DNA of 64,000 bases. It comes from Chloroflexota bacterium (GTDB lineage: Bacteria > Chloroflexota > Anaerolineae > Anaerolineales > E44-bin32). The position numbers and the translations under genes were made by a program. The notes under the pieces are model-generated. The model was not told the DNA's origin and searched no databases. It saw only the letters and a list, made by a program, of their open reading frames with translations. Below are positions 27,887 to 37,604 of the stretch, piece after piece. How positions within the stretch are numbered: the stretch's first letter is position 1; every line of letters starts with the position of its first letter. Location: NCBI GenBank assembly GCA_022561215.1, contig JADFRQ010000013.1:653-64652 (forward strand), in the 5' to 3' direction.

Positions 27887-28600
27887 ATGTTTCCTTTGCG
27901 CGACACCGTGAAATCGAAATCTTTCCCCATCGTTAACCTCTCGCTGATCATCCTAAATATTTTCATTTTTGTCTATCAATCCTCATTAGGACCGAGAGAG
28001 TTCGATGTTTTGTTTGATCGATTTGGTCTGGTGCCCGCCAGCCTATCGGTATTCCGGCCACTGCGCTTTTTTACTTTCCTCTCTTCGATGTTTCTGCATG
28101 GAGGCTGGTTTCATATGATCAGCAATATGTGGACGCTCTTCATATTTGGCGACAATGTAGAAGATCGCATGGGCTCGCTGCGCTATTTGGCCTTTTATGT
28201 GCTTGCGGGACTTTTTGCCGGATTGGCGCATTTGATCGTGTCGGACATCGTATTTGGCCCGCAATCCGCTGTGGCACAGATTCCGATAGTGGGGGCGAGT
28301 GGTGCTATCGCCGGGGTATTGGGAGCTTATTTTCTGCTCTACCCACGCGCGCGTATTACGACGCTGCTGATCATCGTAATCATTCCCTGGATCGTAAGAA
28401 TCCCTGCCATTATCTTTCTGGGGCTCTGGTTCCTGGCACAGCTGCTTCCAGGCGTCAGCAGTTTGGGGGGGGAGTTCGGCGGTATCGCCTGGTGGGCGCA
28501 TATTGGGGGATTTATTTTCGGGTTGGTGATGGTGAATTTCTTCGCCCGCCGGCAGCGCACCTACGTTCAGGTCTCCGGCGAAGATTCATGGCGGAATTAA
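27887..28600 (+). CDS. rhomboid family intramembrane serine protease
   Basis: HGGWFHMISNM, GASGAIAGVLGAY (catalytic Ser) and AHIGGF (catalytic His). Confidence 0.85.
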   Translation: MFPLRDTVKSKSFPIVNLSLIILNIFIFVYQSSLGPREFDVLFDRFGLVPASLSVFRPLRFFTFLSSMFLHGGWFHMISNMWTLFIFGDNVEDRMGSLRYLAFYVLAGLFAGLAHLIVSDIVFGPQSAVAQIPIVGASGAIAGVLGAYFLLYPRARITTLLIIVIIPWIVRIPAIIFLGLWFLAQLLPGVSSLGGEFGGIAWWAHIGGFIFGLVMVNFFARRQRTYVQVSGEDSWRN

Positions 28601-28702
28601 GCGCGCAGCACTCAACTTTCTCGCCTTTCAGGGGGTCATTTCTTCCACCGGCCAGGCCTCAACTCCAAACGGTTTGACCAATGAAAACATCCGCTACAAA
28701 CG

Positions 28703-29446
28703 TTAACTTTTGCGATAACGCCCTATCAACATAGTGTAGGTGACACGGATCTTGAATTTCCTCTCGTCCTGCTCCATAATTTTCGTGGCGTTTTCGAGGG
28801 TGTTTTCAGGGATTAGTACATCGTCCCAATTCTCGTCTGCCCAGGAAGCAAATTCATCGAGGGTGTCCCAATAGGTAGAAAGTTTGAAGCGCCCCACGCG
28901 TTCCTTCAGAAAATCGCCACGTGCAAAGACGATTTCGAGGGCATCGTTGACGAGCTCCTCATCAAGAACCCAGGCGCTATCGTCAATCTCACCCGCGAAT
29001 TGGATCTCATCCCCGAAGGCTAGTTCAAGTGGAGGTTTGCTGGCCATGGGGCGGATATCGAGCAGCCAGCCATCTTTCTGAACTACCCGCCTAACTTCTT
29101 CCAGGGCATGCACCATGCCCTCCGGGTCAATTCATCAAAACGACCAGGCAAAAATCGCTCCATCGAAAGTGGAGTCCTTGAAGGGCAGCGCTTCGGCTTT
29201 GGCCTGAGCGAAGTACACTTCGGGTGCGAAATTCTTAGGTCGGTCATCCACGGCTTCCTTCAAACGATCAAATTCTGGATCGATGCCGGCAACAGATTTC
29301 GTCAGAGAGGCATAACGCCAGGTCATGCGTCCGTTCCCGGTACCTATTTCAATCACGCGCGCATGTTCGAGGTCCGCATACTCACGCAGCTGCTTCGGCT
29401 CGTTTTCTTCCGGATCGCGAACAGGATCCATGGCAATCTCCTCCAC
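28703..29446 (-). pseudogene. class I SAM-dependent methyltransferase interrupted by tandem in-frame TGA-TGA (29132-29137); either a pseudogene or recoded
   Basis: Motif I VIEIGTGNG and motif II FDGAIFAWSF are followed by TGA TGA. The same frame continues IDPEGMVHALEEVRRVVQKDGWLLDIRP (motif III region) with no frameshift. Confidence 0.5.
29104..29120 (-). promoter_or_regulatory. SECIS-like hairpin downstream of tandem TGA-TGA
   Basis: On the minus strand, GGGCATG-GTG-CATGCCC: a perfect 7-bp stem with a GUG loop, starting 11 nt after the second TGA. Confidence 0.3.
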
Positions 29447-29826
29447 AGTTTATCGCGCGTTTTCCCGCTTAACAGTCATGCCACACTCAATAAAGATAAG
29501 GACTTTACATCGCTTGTGCAGGATGGTCAAGCGTGTTTTTGCTACGTGTCGGCCAAAGCAAGGGCGATGGTCGAGCGCGCCATAATACGGATCATGCTCC
29601 TTTAGATCTGTGATTGTGCCGGCCGCCAATCTGAGCTCAGTCTATACTAGGCTGAGCGCCAGATAAAGCAGCGCACGGCTGCGCCTAGAATGGGGCGACA
29701 TTTGCGAGCTCCTGAAGGGATAAAATAGACGCTACAAAACGCACTCGCATCGTCATTCTCGTGTTGTTCGTCGGAAGTTAACCTAAGAGGATCGATGATG
29801 CCTTAGCTGCACCGCAATCGATCGAG

Positions 29827-30435
29827 ATGCCTTTGATCACTCCACCTGAGGTTTCATCCATCTATACACGTCTTCTTGATCGCGTGGCATCTATGCCCTC
29901 GATGGTGATCGCCTTTTTCTGGGGGATGGCGGAGGCGACGTTTTTCTTTGTGGTCCCCGATGTTTACCTGGGTTTCGTCGCTCTTTTTCACCCCCGTAGA
30001 GCACTGAGGGCGGCAATGATCGCGGTGGGCGGGGCCTTAATCGGTGGCGGTTCGATGTACGCGCTGGGAAATCTTTTGGGATCAGGGATGGAGGATCTTC
30101 TGCTGCGCATCCCGCTCATCGATCGAGAGATGCTCGATCTTGTTGCCAATCAATTGAGTTCACAGGGACTGCTTGCGCTCGTTAGTGGTCCTTTTCAAGG
30201 CGTGCCTTATAAAATCTATGCCGTGCAGGCCGGCGCAAAGGATCTTGGGATCCTGGCGTTCCTGCTCGTGACTGTTCTTGCACGCTTGGAACGCTTCCTC
30301 CCGCTGACATTTCTGGTGATGCTTGTGGGAAAGATCTTCGTGAAAAATGTGCAGCGGCGTACACATTTGGTCCTGGGTGTGTATGGGTTGGTCTGGTTGA
30401 GCATTTATGCTGCGTACGCCATTACCTTAAAATAA
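29827..30435 (+). CDS. membrane protein (YqaA/DedA-like)
   Basis: 202 aa with 4-5 TM helices. The FFWGMAEATFFFVVPDV motif resembles the COG1238 family. Confidence 0.55.
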   Translation: MPLITPPEVSSIYTRLLDRVASMPSMVIAFFWGMAEATFFFVVPDVYLGFVALFHPRRALRAAMIAVGGALIGGGSMYALGNLLGSGMEDLLLRIPLIDREMLDLVANQLSSQGLLALVSGPFQGVPYKIYAVQAGAKDLGILAFLLVTVLARLERFLPLTFLVMLVGKIFVKNVQRRTHLVLGVYGLVWLSIYAAYAITLK

Positions 30436-30456
30436 TCCACCATCCAGGTTCTTCGG

Positions 30457-31383
30457 CTAACGCAACCCGTATTCCATCACCAAAAAGGTAAAGTAATAAA
30501 CCAACGGGATCACGACAACCAGGCTGTTGGCGCGGTCGAGGAGCCCGCCGTGGCCGGGCAGGATGTCTCCCCAATCTTTGCTTCCGGCGACGCGTTTGAT
30601 CAGCGAGCTGATCAGATCCCCCCAAGCCGAGCCCAGCCCGATGATGAAGGCAAGTGCCGCGAAATGTACCAGTACAAATTGTTCCGGCAGCGCAAAACGA
30701 AAAAGAGCCACTGCTACGGACGCGCCGATAAAATCGCCTAGCAGACCTTCCCAAGCCTTGCGCGGGTTGACCTCCGGGGAAATGATGTGTTTTCCAAATA
30801 GTTTGCCGATCGTGTACTGCATCACATCGCTGAGCGCCACTCCGACTCCGACGAGCATGACCAGTCCAAGCCCACCGATCTGTTTCAGCAAAATAATGTG
30901 GCCGACGGACCAAACCAGGTAGAGGTATCCGCGTCCGGCGTACGAAAGCTGCAGGTACAAATTCTCAATGCTGCGCGTTAAGATGGGCACGAGGGTCAGC
31001 AGCAGGATCGCCGCAGCAGGAAGCGCGAAATAAAGTCGTGGAAAGAAAGCGGCTGTGAGCAGCGTTATGGGAATTAGGCTGTAGAGGTACATGGCGTAAG
31101 GACGGTCCACACCGACAACGCGCACATATTCAGTCGTTACAAGGTAAAAGAAAACCAGCAAGATGAGGGTGGCCAGAAGTCCTCCGACAAATGTGGCGAC
31201 CAGGAAGAGGGGCGCGAGGATCATCCAGCCAATAAACCGTTTTCCCAATTCGCCGGTCAGCCCAGCTTTTAAATCCTTCCGTCCAAAAAAGAGCACCAAT
31301 CCAAACCCAAAGACGAACAATACGGCCACGATCTCCAGAGAGGGAATAAATAACGGGTTATTAAGTGGATTGCGCATAGCCAC
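30457..31383 (-). CDS. cdsA: phosphatidate cytidylyltransferase
   Basis: C-terminal CdsA signature SSLIKRVAGSKDWGDILPGHGGLLDR in a multi-pass membrane protein. Confidence 0.85.
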   Translation of the reverse strand: MAMRNPLNNPLFIPSLEIVAVLFVFGFGLVLFFGRKDLKAGLTGELGKRFIGWMILAPLFLVATFVGGLLATLILLVFFYLVTTEYVRVVGVDRPYAMYLYSLIPITLLTAAFFPRLYFALPAAAILLLTLVPILTRSIENLYLQLSYAGRGYLYLVWSVGHIILLKQIGGLGLVMLVGVGVALSDVMQYTIGKLFGKHIISPEVNPRKAWEGLLGDFIGASVAVALFRFALPEQFVLVHFAALAFIIGLGSAWGDLISSLIKRVAGSKDWGDILPGHGGLLDRANSLVVVIPLVYYFTFLVMEYGLR

Positions 31384-31960
31384 GTAAGATGCGGAGGCGT
31401 TGATAAATGGTAATCACGGATGCCAGGCAGGCAAACGCCAAGTACCAATTGAAGCTCGCCAAATCCCCCGTGAAAAGTGGAATCGGCACGTAGAGCGCCA
31501 GCGAAAGCATCCGATCGCCTTTGCCGAAAATGCCACTATAGATGCGCTTGTATCCCAGGGCTTTGCTCAATATGCCCAGGTAAGAGGCGAGCAATACCAG
31601 GGTGAGGGCGAGGGCAATTAGGCGCAGATCAGCATACGCGCTCAGCGCTAAAAAAATCGCCGCATCGGCAACGCGATCGCCGAACTCATTTTTCACTTCA
31701 CCCCACTTATCGGCCATTCCCAAACCACGCGCTACCTGCCCATCCATCAGGTTAAAAAGCAGGCGCGAGAGCAAACCGACCGGGACCAGCCACAACACCT
31801 GGTGATTGGAGGGAGCGCTAGCCAGCGCCGCAGCTGCTAGAAAGGCGAAGACGAGCCCACCGGCCGTAAATATGTTGGGACGCACCCGATGGCGTATGGC
31901 ATAGGCGACCCAGCGCTGCATCCATCTCTGCCAGGCTGTTTTTGTGCGGTACACGCCCAC
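31361..31960 (-). CDS. CDP-alcohol phosphatidyltransferase family protein
   Basis: DGQVAR...G...DRVAD motif region in a 199-aa membrane protein. Overlaps the cdsA start by 23 nt, which suggests an operon. Confidence 0.75.
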   Translation of the reverse strand: MGVYRTKTAWQRWMQRWVAYAIRHRVRPNIFTAGGLVFAFLAAAALASAPSNHQVLWLVPVGLLSRLLFNLMDGQVARGLGMADKWGEVKNEFGDRVADAAIFLALSAYADLRLIALALTLVLLASYLGILSKALGYKRIYSGIFGKGDRMLSLALYVPIPLFTGDLASFNWYLAFACLASVITIYQRLRILRGYAQST

Positions 31961-32152
31961 GTGAATTTCCCTCCGCTCGATTCAATAACGAGCACGCACT
32001 CTCTGCGCTAACACTATCTGCGGCCTCATACTACACCATCGAACAAGCATTTCTTCTTTTAGGATGAGGCGACAGCAACCCGGGCTACTCAAGAGGGTTA
32101 CTACTACTAGTCCTCGGGCTACCTCTCAGGCAACTGTACCATCACGGAAAGT

Positions 32153-34141
32153 GTGATGACCTTTCTTAACCAACGTCAACAACATAGCCTGGCGATGATC
32201 TGCGACACCCTCGTTCCTTCCCTAACCGCCGCAGGTGACGAGGACGTGCGCCTGTTCGCCATCGGGGCTGCCGATGTCGATCTTGGCAGCCAGCTTGAAG
32301 AAGCACTCGAGGAAGTCACCGATGATCAAGAAAAATCTGACCTAAAGCTCTTTCTTTTCTTACTCGAACTTCCATGGGTCAACGCCTTGATTGCCCGAAA
32401 ATGGATGGCGTTTTCGAAGGGAGATCTTGCGCAGCGCACCGCCATCCTGGGTGGCTGGCGAGATAGTCCCCTCATGCTGGCGCGCCAGGGATTTCAGGTG
32501 GTCAAACGATTAAGCTTGTTTATCTTTTACGCCCATATGCCGGATGATCAGCCCAATCCTACATGGCCCGTCTTTGGTTATGCGGCTCCTGCCCGTGACC
32601 CGCAAAGTTCGCAATCGCGGGAACAGCGCCCGATCGTGCCCATCGTCCCCACGCAGGAGACAACCCTGGAAGCCGATGTTCTCGTGATTGGATCGGGAGC
32701 CGGTGGCGGCGTTATGGCTGGTGAGCTCAGCGCGGCCGGGCTCGATGTGCTGGTTGTGGAAAAGGGCAGTTATTACGCCGATCATGACTTTCACGGTCGT
32801 GAATCGGATAGCATGCAGGCGTTGTATGAAAATTATGGTGCGCTGACGACCAAGGATATCAGCATGGTCGTGCTCGCCGGCGACGCCCTGGGAGGCGGCA
32901 CGATTGTCAATTGGATGACATCCTTGCGCCCCCCCGAATCTGTCCTGCAGGAGTGGGCGACCGATTACGATTTTGGCGAGGCGGCCAGCGCGGCAATGCA
33001 AAGCAGTCTGGATGAAGTTTGGGCTAGATTAAATATCAACACGCAGGAGAGCGAGCCCAATCGACCGAATGCGCTCTTGGAAAAGGGGTCGCGTGCGCTC
33101 GGTTATGAGGCCGAGATTATTCCCCGCAATGTACGCGGATGTGAAACCTGCGATTATTGTATGTACGGCTGTGTTTACGGGGCGAAGCAGAGCGGCCTGA
33201 AGACCTATTTGCGCCAGGCGAACGAACATGGCGCACGTTTTCTCGTTGATACATATGTCGATCGGATTCTGCACAAGAATGGCGCAGCTAGCGGAGCGAT
33301 GGCCACTCTGCAGGGCGACCCGCCATTGCGCTTGACTCTGAAGGCGAAATTGGTTGTTGTCGCCGCAGGCTCGATTCATACCCCAGCGATTTTAATGCGC
33401 TCGGGATTGCGTAATCGCAACATTGGCAAGAACCTGCATCTCCATCCTACGACGGTGACTGTTGCGCGCTACGAAGAAGCTGTGCGAGGCTGGGAAGGGC
33501 CGCCGCAGACGCGCGTGATGAGGGATTTAATCGATCTGGACGGACAAGGCTATGGGGTGTGGCTCGAGGTTGCCGTCGGTCATCCTGGGTTATCTGCTTC
33601 AACGGCAGCATGGCTATCCGGGCGGCACCACAAGCGCGCGATGCAGGATTATGAACATTTGGCCAACAACATCATCTTGGTGCGGGATTATCATGCCGGC
33701 GAAATCAAACTCAAGAAAAATTTGCAGCCGGCGGTTCACTATGTGCTTCATCCTTACGACGCCCGCCATTTAATGCAGGGGTTGCTGGAGGGGTTGAAAA
33801 TTCACCACGCCGCGGGAGCCAGGGAAATCATCTCGCCGCACAGCACAAGTATTCGCTATCGCGAAGGGCAGGATTCCTTTGAGACATTCCTGGAGCGCGT
33901 CCAGAACGAGGGCTTGCGGGGAAACAGCCATGCTTTGTTCAGCGCACATCAAATGTCTTCCTGCAGGATTGCGGGTGATGCGCGGCGTGGGGCGGTGAAG
34001 CCCAGCGGCGAGACCTATGAGCTAAAAAATCTGTATGTCGCCGATGGGAGTGTCTTCCCCACCGCGGTCGGCGTCAATCCCATGGTTTCCATCCTCGGGG
34101 TGGCGCATCTCATCGCCCAACAGATAAAGGGCCGACTCTAG
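32153..34141 (+). CDS. GMC family FAD oxidoreductase (long-chain alcohol oxidase-like)
   Basis: Rossmann motif VIGSGAGGGVMAGELSAAGLDVLVVEKG and C-terminal GMC motif DGSVFPTAVGVNPM. Confidence 0.85.
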   Translation: MMTFLNQRQQHSLAMICDTLVPSLTAAGDEDVRLFAIGAADVDLGSQLEEALEEVTDDQEKSDLKLFLFLLELPWVNALIARKWMAFSKGDLAQRTAILGGWRDSPLMLARQGFQVVKRLSLFIFYAHMPDDQPNPTWPVFGYAAPARDPQSSQSREQRPIVPIVPTQETTLEADVLVIGSGAGGGVMAGELSAAGLDVLVVEKGSYYADHDFHGRESDSMQALYENYGALTTKDISMVVLAGDALGGGTIVNWMTSLRPPESVLQEWATDYDFGEAASAAMQSSLDEVWARLNINTQESEPNRPNALLEKGSRALGYEAEIIPRNVRGCETCDYCMYGCVYGAKQSGLKTYLRQANEHGARFLVDTYVDRILHKNGAASGAMATLQGDPPLRLTLKAKLVVVAAGSIHTPAILMRSGLRNRNIGKNLHLHPTTVTVARYEEAVRGWEGPPQTRVMRDLIDLDGQGYGVWLEVAVGHPGLSASTAAWLSGRHHKRAMQDYEHLANNIILVRDYHAGEIKLKKNLQPAVHYVLHPYDARHLMQGLLEGLKIHHAAGAREIISPHSTSIRYREGQDSFETFLERVQNEGLRGNSHALFSAHQMSSCRIAGDARRGAVKPSGETYELKNLYVADGSVFPTAVGVNPMVSILGVAHLIAQQIKGRL

Positions 34142-34236
34142 TGGGCGGGATCAGGAACCGACTTTAATCGGCGGGTTCAGGAAGCCGGGATCAAGGACCA
34201 GGATAGATCCAAAAATCCACACAACACGAGGATGGT

Positions 34237-36210
34237 ATGCAAAAGACGATTGTCATCGACGATCTTTTTAAACTCCAATTTCTGCAAGACGCGCAGTTCT
34301 CGCCGGATGGCCTAAGGGTTGCCTATGCGGTGAGCAAAGTGGTTGCCGATGAAGCTGCGGAAATAGAATCTGAGCGCGAGCTGCAAAAAACAGCGATTTG
34401 GATCCTTTCACTCGAAACACAGTCGGCAAGGATGCTTACGACAGGAGAACATGAGGATACCTCGCCGCGCTGGTCGCCGGATGGAAAACGGATCGCCTTT
34501 CTCTCTGACCGCGCGGAACAATCACAAATTTACATCATCCCCTTCGACGGAGGAGAGGCACAGGCGCTCACGAAGCTAAAACAGGGCGTTGGCAGCTCAC
34601 CGACATGGTCGCCGGATGGGACACAGATTGCCTTCACCGCAGGCCCTGCGCGAAAAGCGCGCGATCCCGGCGCACCCTACCGCATCGTGCGGCATATCTT
34701 TCGCTTTGATGATCTGGGGTATATCGATGACGTGATTCAGGACATCTATATCGCCGCGGTTGGCGGAGGCGAACCGCGACGGTTAACCAGTGACGAGAAT
34801 CTAAATGGCAATTTGGCCTGGTCACCAGATGGCGCAGAGATCGCATTTACGGCGACGATGATGCCTTCGACGCATCAACTTTACACAGGCCTTTGTGCCG
34901 TCAACCTCGAGGGGCGCACTCGCAATATCGTTTCCGACTGGGAATTTATTTCGCCCCCGGCCTGGACACCCAATGGGGAGCAAATTGTTTTTATCGGCAG
35001 GATGGCCGATGCTCGCGCAGGATCGAAGAGTGATCTCTGGATTGTGGCTAGTCAGGGAGGGGAACCTAAACCACGGACCTCGCGACTGAAAAATGGTGTG
35101 GGTGGATCTTTGATAGCGGACTTCCCCACGTTAAGCGATAAACGCGCCTCACCGCTAATCAAGATCGCCCAGGATGGGAGGCGCGCCTATGTGCAAGGAA
35201 AAGAGGGTGGCAGCCTTCATCTTTATGAAATTGCTCTCCGGGGAACCGAGGAGCATGGCATCGCAGTTGGGGGTGAACGCAGCTGCATCTTGCTGGATGC
35301 GCACGGCTCGCGCTTGTTGTATGCCGTGAGCGCGCTCGATAATCCGACGGAACTTAGTATTTTCGACACCAAGAGTGGCGAGGAGCAGCAGCTCACGCAG
35401 CTTAACGCAGATTTTCTTGCCCAGCGCACGCTGCAATCGGTCGAGCAGCTCATATTTTCCGGGAACGATGGTGAGCAGGTTGAAGGTTGGCTGCTTAAAC
35501 CGCCCGAGGGGCGGCCTCCGTACGCAACCATTCTGTACATTCATGGTGGCCCGCATTCCGGATTTGGACACATGTTTTCGTTTGATTTTCAAATGCTCAC
35601 GGGGGCCGGCTACGCGGTGTTGTTGATCAACCAGCGTGGTTCGACAGGCTACGGCGATGAATTCGCAGGTGCAATTACCGGCGATTGGGGTAATCTGGAT
35701 TACGAGGATTTGATGGCTGGGGTCGATCATGTGATCGCGCTAGGTCTCGCCGATCCCGAGCGTTTGGGCTGCTGTGGCTTGTCGGGGGGTGGCAATCTTT
35801 CCTGCTGGATCGTCGGGCATACCGATCGCTTCAAGGCAGCCGTGCCCGAAAATCCGCTCACCAATTGGGTGAGCTTTTACGGCGTGAGCGACATTGGGCC
35901 CTGGTTTAGTGTGAAGGAACTGGGTGGCCATCCGCATGAGATCCCGCAAACTTATTCCCGCTGCTCGCCGTTAACCTATGCCCATCGCTGCACGACGCCG
36001 ACCCTGCTTGTGCAAGGCGAAGACGATTTCCGCTGTCCGGCGGAACAAGCGGAGCAATTTTATGCCGTTCTCAAGGCCAACGGCTGTGAGGTGGAAATGC
36101 TGCGCTTGCCCGATAGCTCCCACGCGGGATCGATTCGCGGCGCGCCCACAGTTCGACGCGCACAGAACGAAGCGCTCCTGGATTGGATGAACCGTCATGT
36201 GCTCCGGTAG
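34237..36210 (+). CDS. S9 family serine peptidase (beta-propeller plus prolyl-oligopeptidase/acylaminoacyl-peptidase domain)
   Basis: Repeated WSPDG propeller motifs, the catalytic Ser context GLSGGG, and a C-terminal Asp/His region (GEDDFRCP, SSHAG). Confidence 0.85.
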   Translation: MQKTIVIDDLFKLQFLQDAQFSPDGLRVAYAVSKVVADEAAEIESERELQKTAIWILSLETQSARMLTTGEHEDTSPRWSPDGKRIAFLSDRAEQSQIYIIPFDGGEAQALTKLKQGVGSSPTWSPDGTQIAFTAGPARKARDPGAPYRIVRHIFRFDDLGYIDDVIQDIYIAAVGGGEPRRLTSDENLNGNLAWSPDGAEIAFTATMMPSTHQLYTGLCAVNLEGRTRNIVSDWEFISPPAWTPNGEQIVFIGRMADARAGSKSDLWIVASQGGEPKPRTSRLKNGVGGSLIADFPTLSDKRASPLIKIAQDGRRAYVQGKEGGSLHLYEIALRGTEEHGIAVGGERSCILLDAHGSRLLYAVSALDNPTELSIFDTKSGEEQQLTQLNADFLAQRTLQSVEQLIFSGNDGEQVEGWLLKPPEGRPPYATILYIHGGPHSGFGHMFSFDFQMLTGAGYAVLLINQRGSTGYGDEFAGAITGDWGNLDYEDLMAGVDHVIALGLADPERLGCCGLSGGGNLSCWIVGHTDRFKAAVPENPLTNWVSFYGVSDIGPWFSVKELGGHPHEIPQTYSRCSPLTYAHRCTTPTLLVQGEDDFRCPAEQAEQFYAVLKANGCEVEMLRLPDSSHAGSIRGAPTVRRAQNEALLDWMNRHVLR

Positions 36211-36343
36211 GGAAGGAGTGTTTGATTGGTTGTATTTTTCTGGTTCAATGGTTGCAAGTTTCAATGCGCATAGCCAACATGACAAGCGGAAAAAGGCGAA
36301 AAGTCGTAAAATTTGGGCGGCAAACTTAATAGGGAGAAGGAAG

Positions 36344-36658
36344 ATGGAAAAATTTAGGCGCAAGATACGCTGGTGGTCGTTGGTTGATTCAAGATTGCTG
36401 GCGCATTATTCGGAAACTCTGGAAGTCTGGGATGATCGTTTCGTGATGCGCAGGGGGATATTAAGCAAGAATGAGACCGTGATCCCATTTTCGAGCATCA
36501 CCAATTATTCGAGCCAACAGAGCTTTTTCGATCGGATTTTTAATATCTGTCGGCTCATCATCGAGACGGCGGGTTCGATTAATCCCGAGCTGGATTTGCG
36601 CGGATACCCGGAGAAATTGCTCGAGGTTTTTGCGGATGCGGTCGATGACGACATCTGA
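36344..36658 (+). CDS. bacterial PH domain (bPH_2 / DUF304) protein
   Basis: ATG at 36344 follows an AGGGAGAAGGAAG RBS. The pattern VMRRGILSKNETVIPFSSITNYSSQQSFFDRIFNICRLIIETAG is typical of YdbS/YdbT-like PH domains. Confidence 0.65.
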   Translation: MEKFRRKIRWWSLVDSRLLAHYSETLEVWDDRFVMRRGILSKNETVIPFSSITNYSSQQSFFDRIFNICRLIIETAGSINPELDLRGYPEKLLEVFADAVDDDI

Positions 36659-36803
36659 AATTTAATGATCGTGAATGTGTCTAAAATGTATAGTTCTACT
36701 GCTGCCAATGATGAGAGAATCCCTGGATTGTTGGAAGTGGAGCAAAATTGTTGATGTCAGTGGCGTGCCCACGCAGGAGCGTGGGACAAGAGAACACCAC
36801 ACC

Positions 36804-36828
36804 GTAGGTCAGGTTTCCATACCTGACC
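36804..36828. repeat. short hairpin repeat, family B
   Basis: GTAGGTCAGGT-TTCCAT-ACCTGACC. Another GC hairpin, CCCACGC-AGGA-GCGTGGG, lies just upstream at about 36771-36788. Confidence 0.7.
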
Positions 36829-37004
36829 GGGCACAGGCGAAATCTGGATCCTTTTCTTTAGAGATTCGTAGTGTGGGAGACGCGAGCTGCAGCTTGTTGC
36901 GGTCGCCGTAGCATCTGGGAACCGGCGCAGCTTAAGGGAGAATAAAACATCTGCTCTCCGCCTGGTGATGCAGGAGGAAAAACCCTCGTTACTGTACCTT
37001 AATT

Positions 37005-37604
37005 TCAGGGATACGTTTCATCCAGGAGCACCAGGATTGCGGCTTCTGTCTGCTGGTAACCGCCTTCGCCAATGTGTTTGTAGCGAATGTGACCCTTTTT
37101 ATCAATCAGATAAAGCGTAGGCCAATAGCGGTTTTTGTAGGCCGTCCAGGTTCGCCGGTCATTGTCCTGGGTGATCGGGTAAGTGATATCAAAACGAATG
37201 AGCGCTTCCTTTAAGTTTTCAATATCACGTTCATAGGAAAATTCAGGGTAATGATTGCCGATCACGACGAGACCCTTGTCGGCGTAGGTGTTGTGCCATT
37301 CCCTCAACGAGGGAATTACGTGTTCACAGTTTATTCAACCAAAGGTCCACATTTCAAGCAGGACGACACTGCCGCGCAGATTAGCGAGACGAAGGGGACC
37401 TTGCGTGTTGAGCCAGACTTCATTCTCAATCTCGGGCGCGGGGCCATAATCGTCTAGCAAAATCGACGCACTTTCCTGAGTAACTACCTGCTCCGGAGAA
37501 TCGTCCTGGATTATCTGCGGAGCAACTGAGGGCGCGGAACAGGCAGTGAGCAGCAAACTTATTCCCAACCCGACCCAAAAATACAGGCGGTTGAGGTTAT
37601 TCAT
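37005..37604 (-). CDS. TlpA-like thioredoxin-fold thiol:disulfide oxidoreductase lipoprotein, candidate selenoprotein (in-frame TGA at 37335-37337)
   Basis: Lipobox LLLTACS after the ATG at 37604. ORFs 37335-37700 and 37005-37307 share one frame. The junction reads VVLLEMWTFG-TGA-INCEHVIPSLREWHNTYADKGLVVIG, the classic W-x-x-x-C-x-x-C redox motif with TGA on the first Cys. Confidence 0.65.
37298..37316 (-). promoter_or_regulatory. SECIS-like hairpin downstream of in-frame TGA
   Basis: On the minus strand, ATTCCCTC-GTT-GAGGGAAT: a perfect 8-bp stem with a GUU loop, starting 18 nt after the TGA. Confidence 0.45.

Noticed and set aside
36560-36582. A tRNA T-arm-like string, GGTTCGATTAATCCC.
   Set aside because: It lies inside the PH-domain CDS, where it encodes ETAGSINPE. 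No acceptor or anticodon stems can be built around it. I found no convincing tRNA anywhere in the window.
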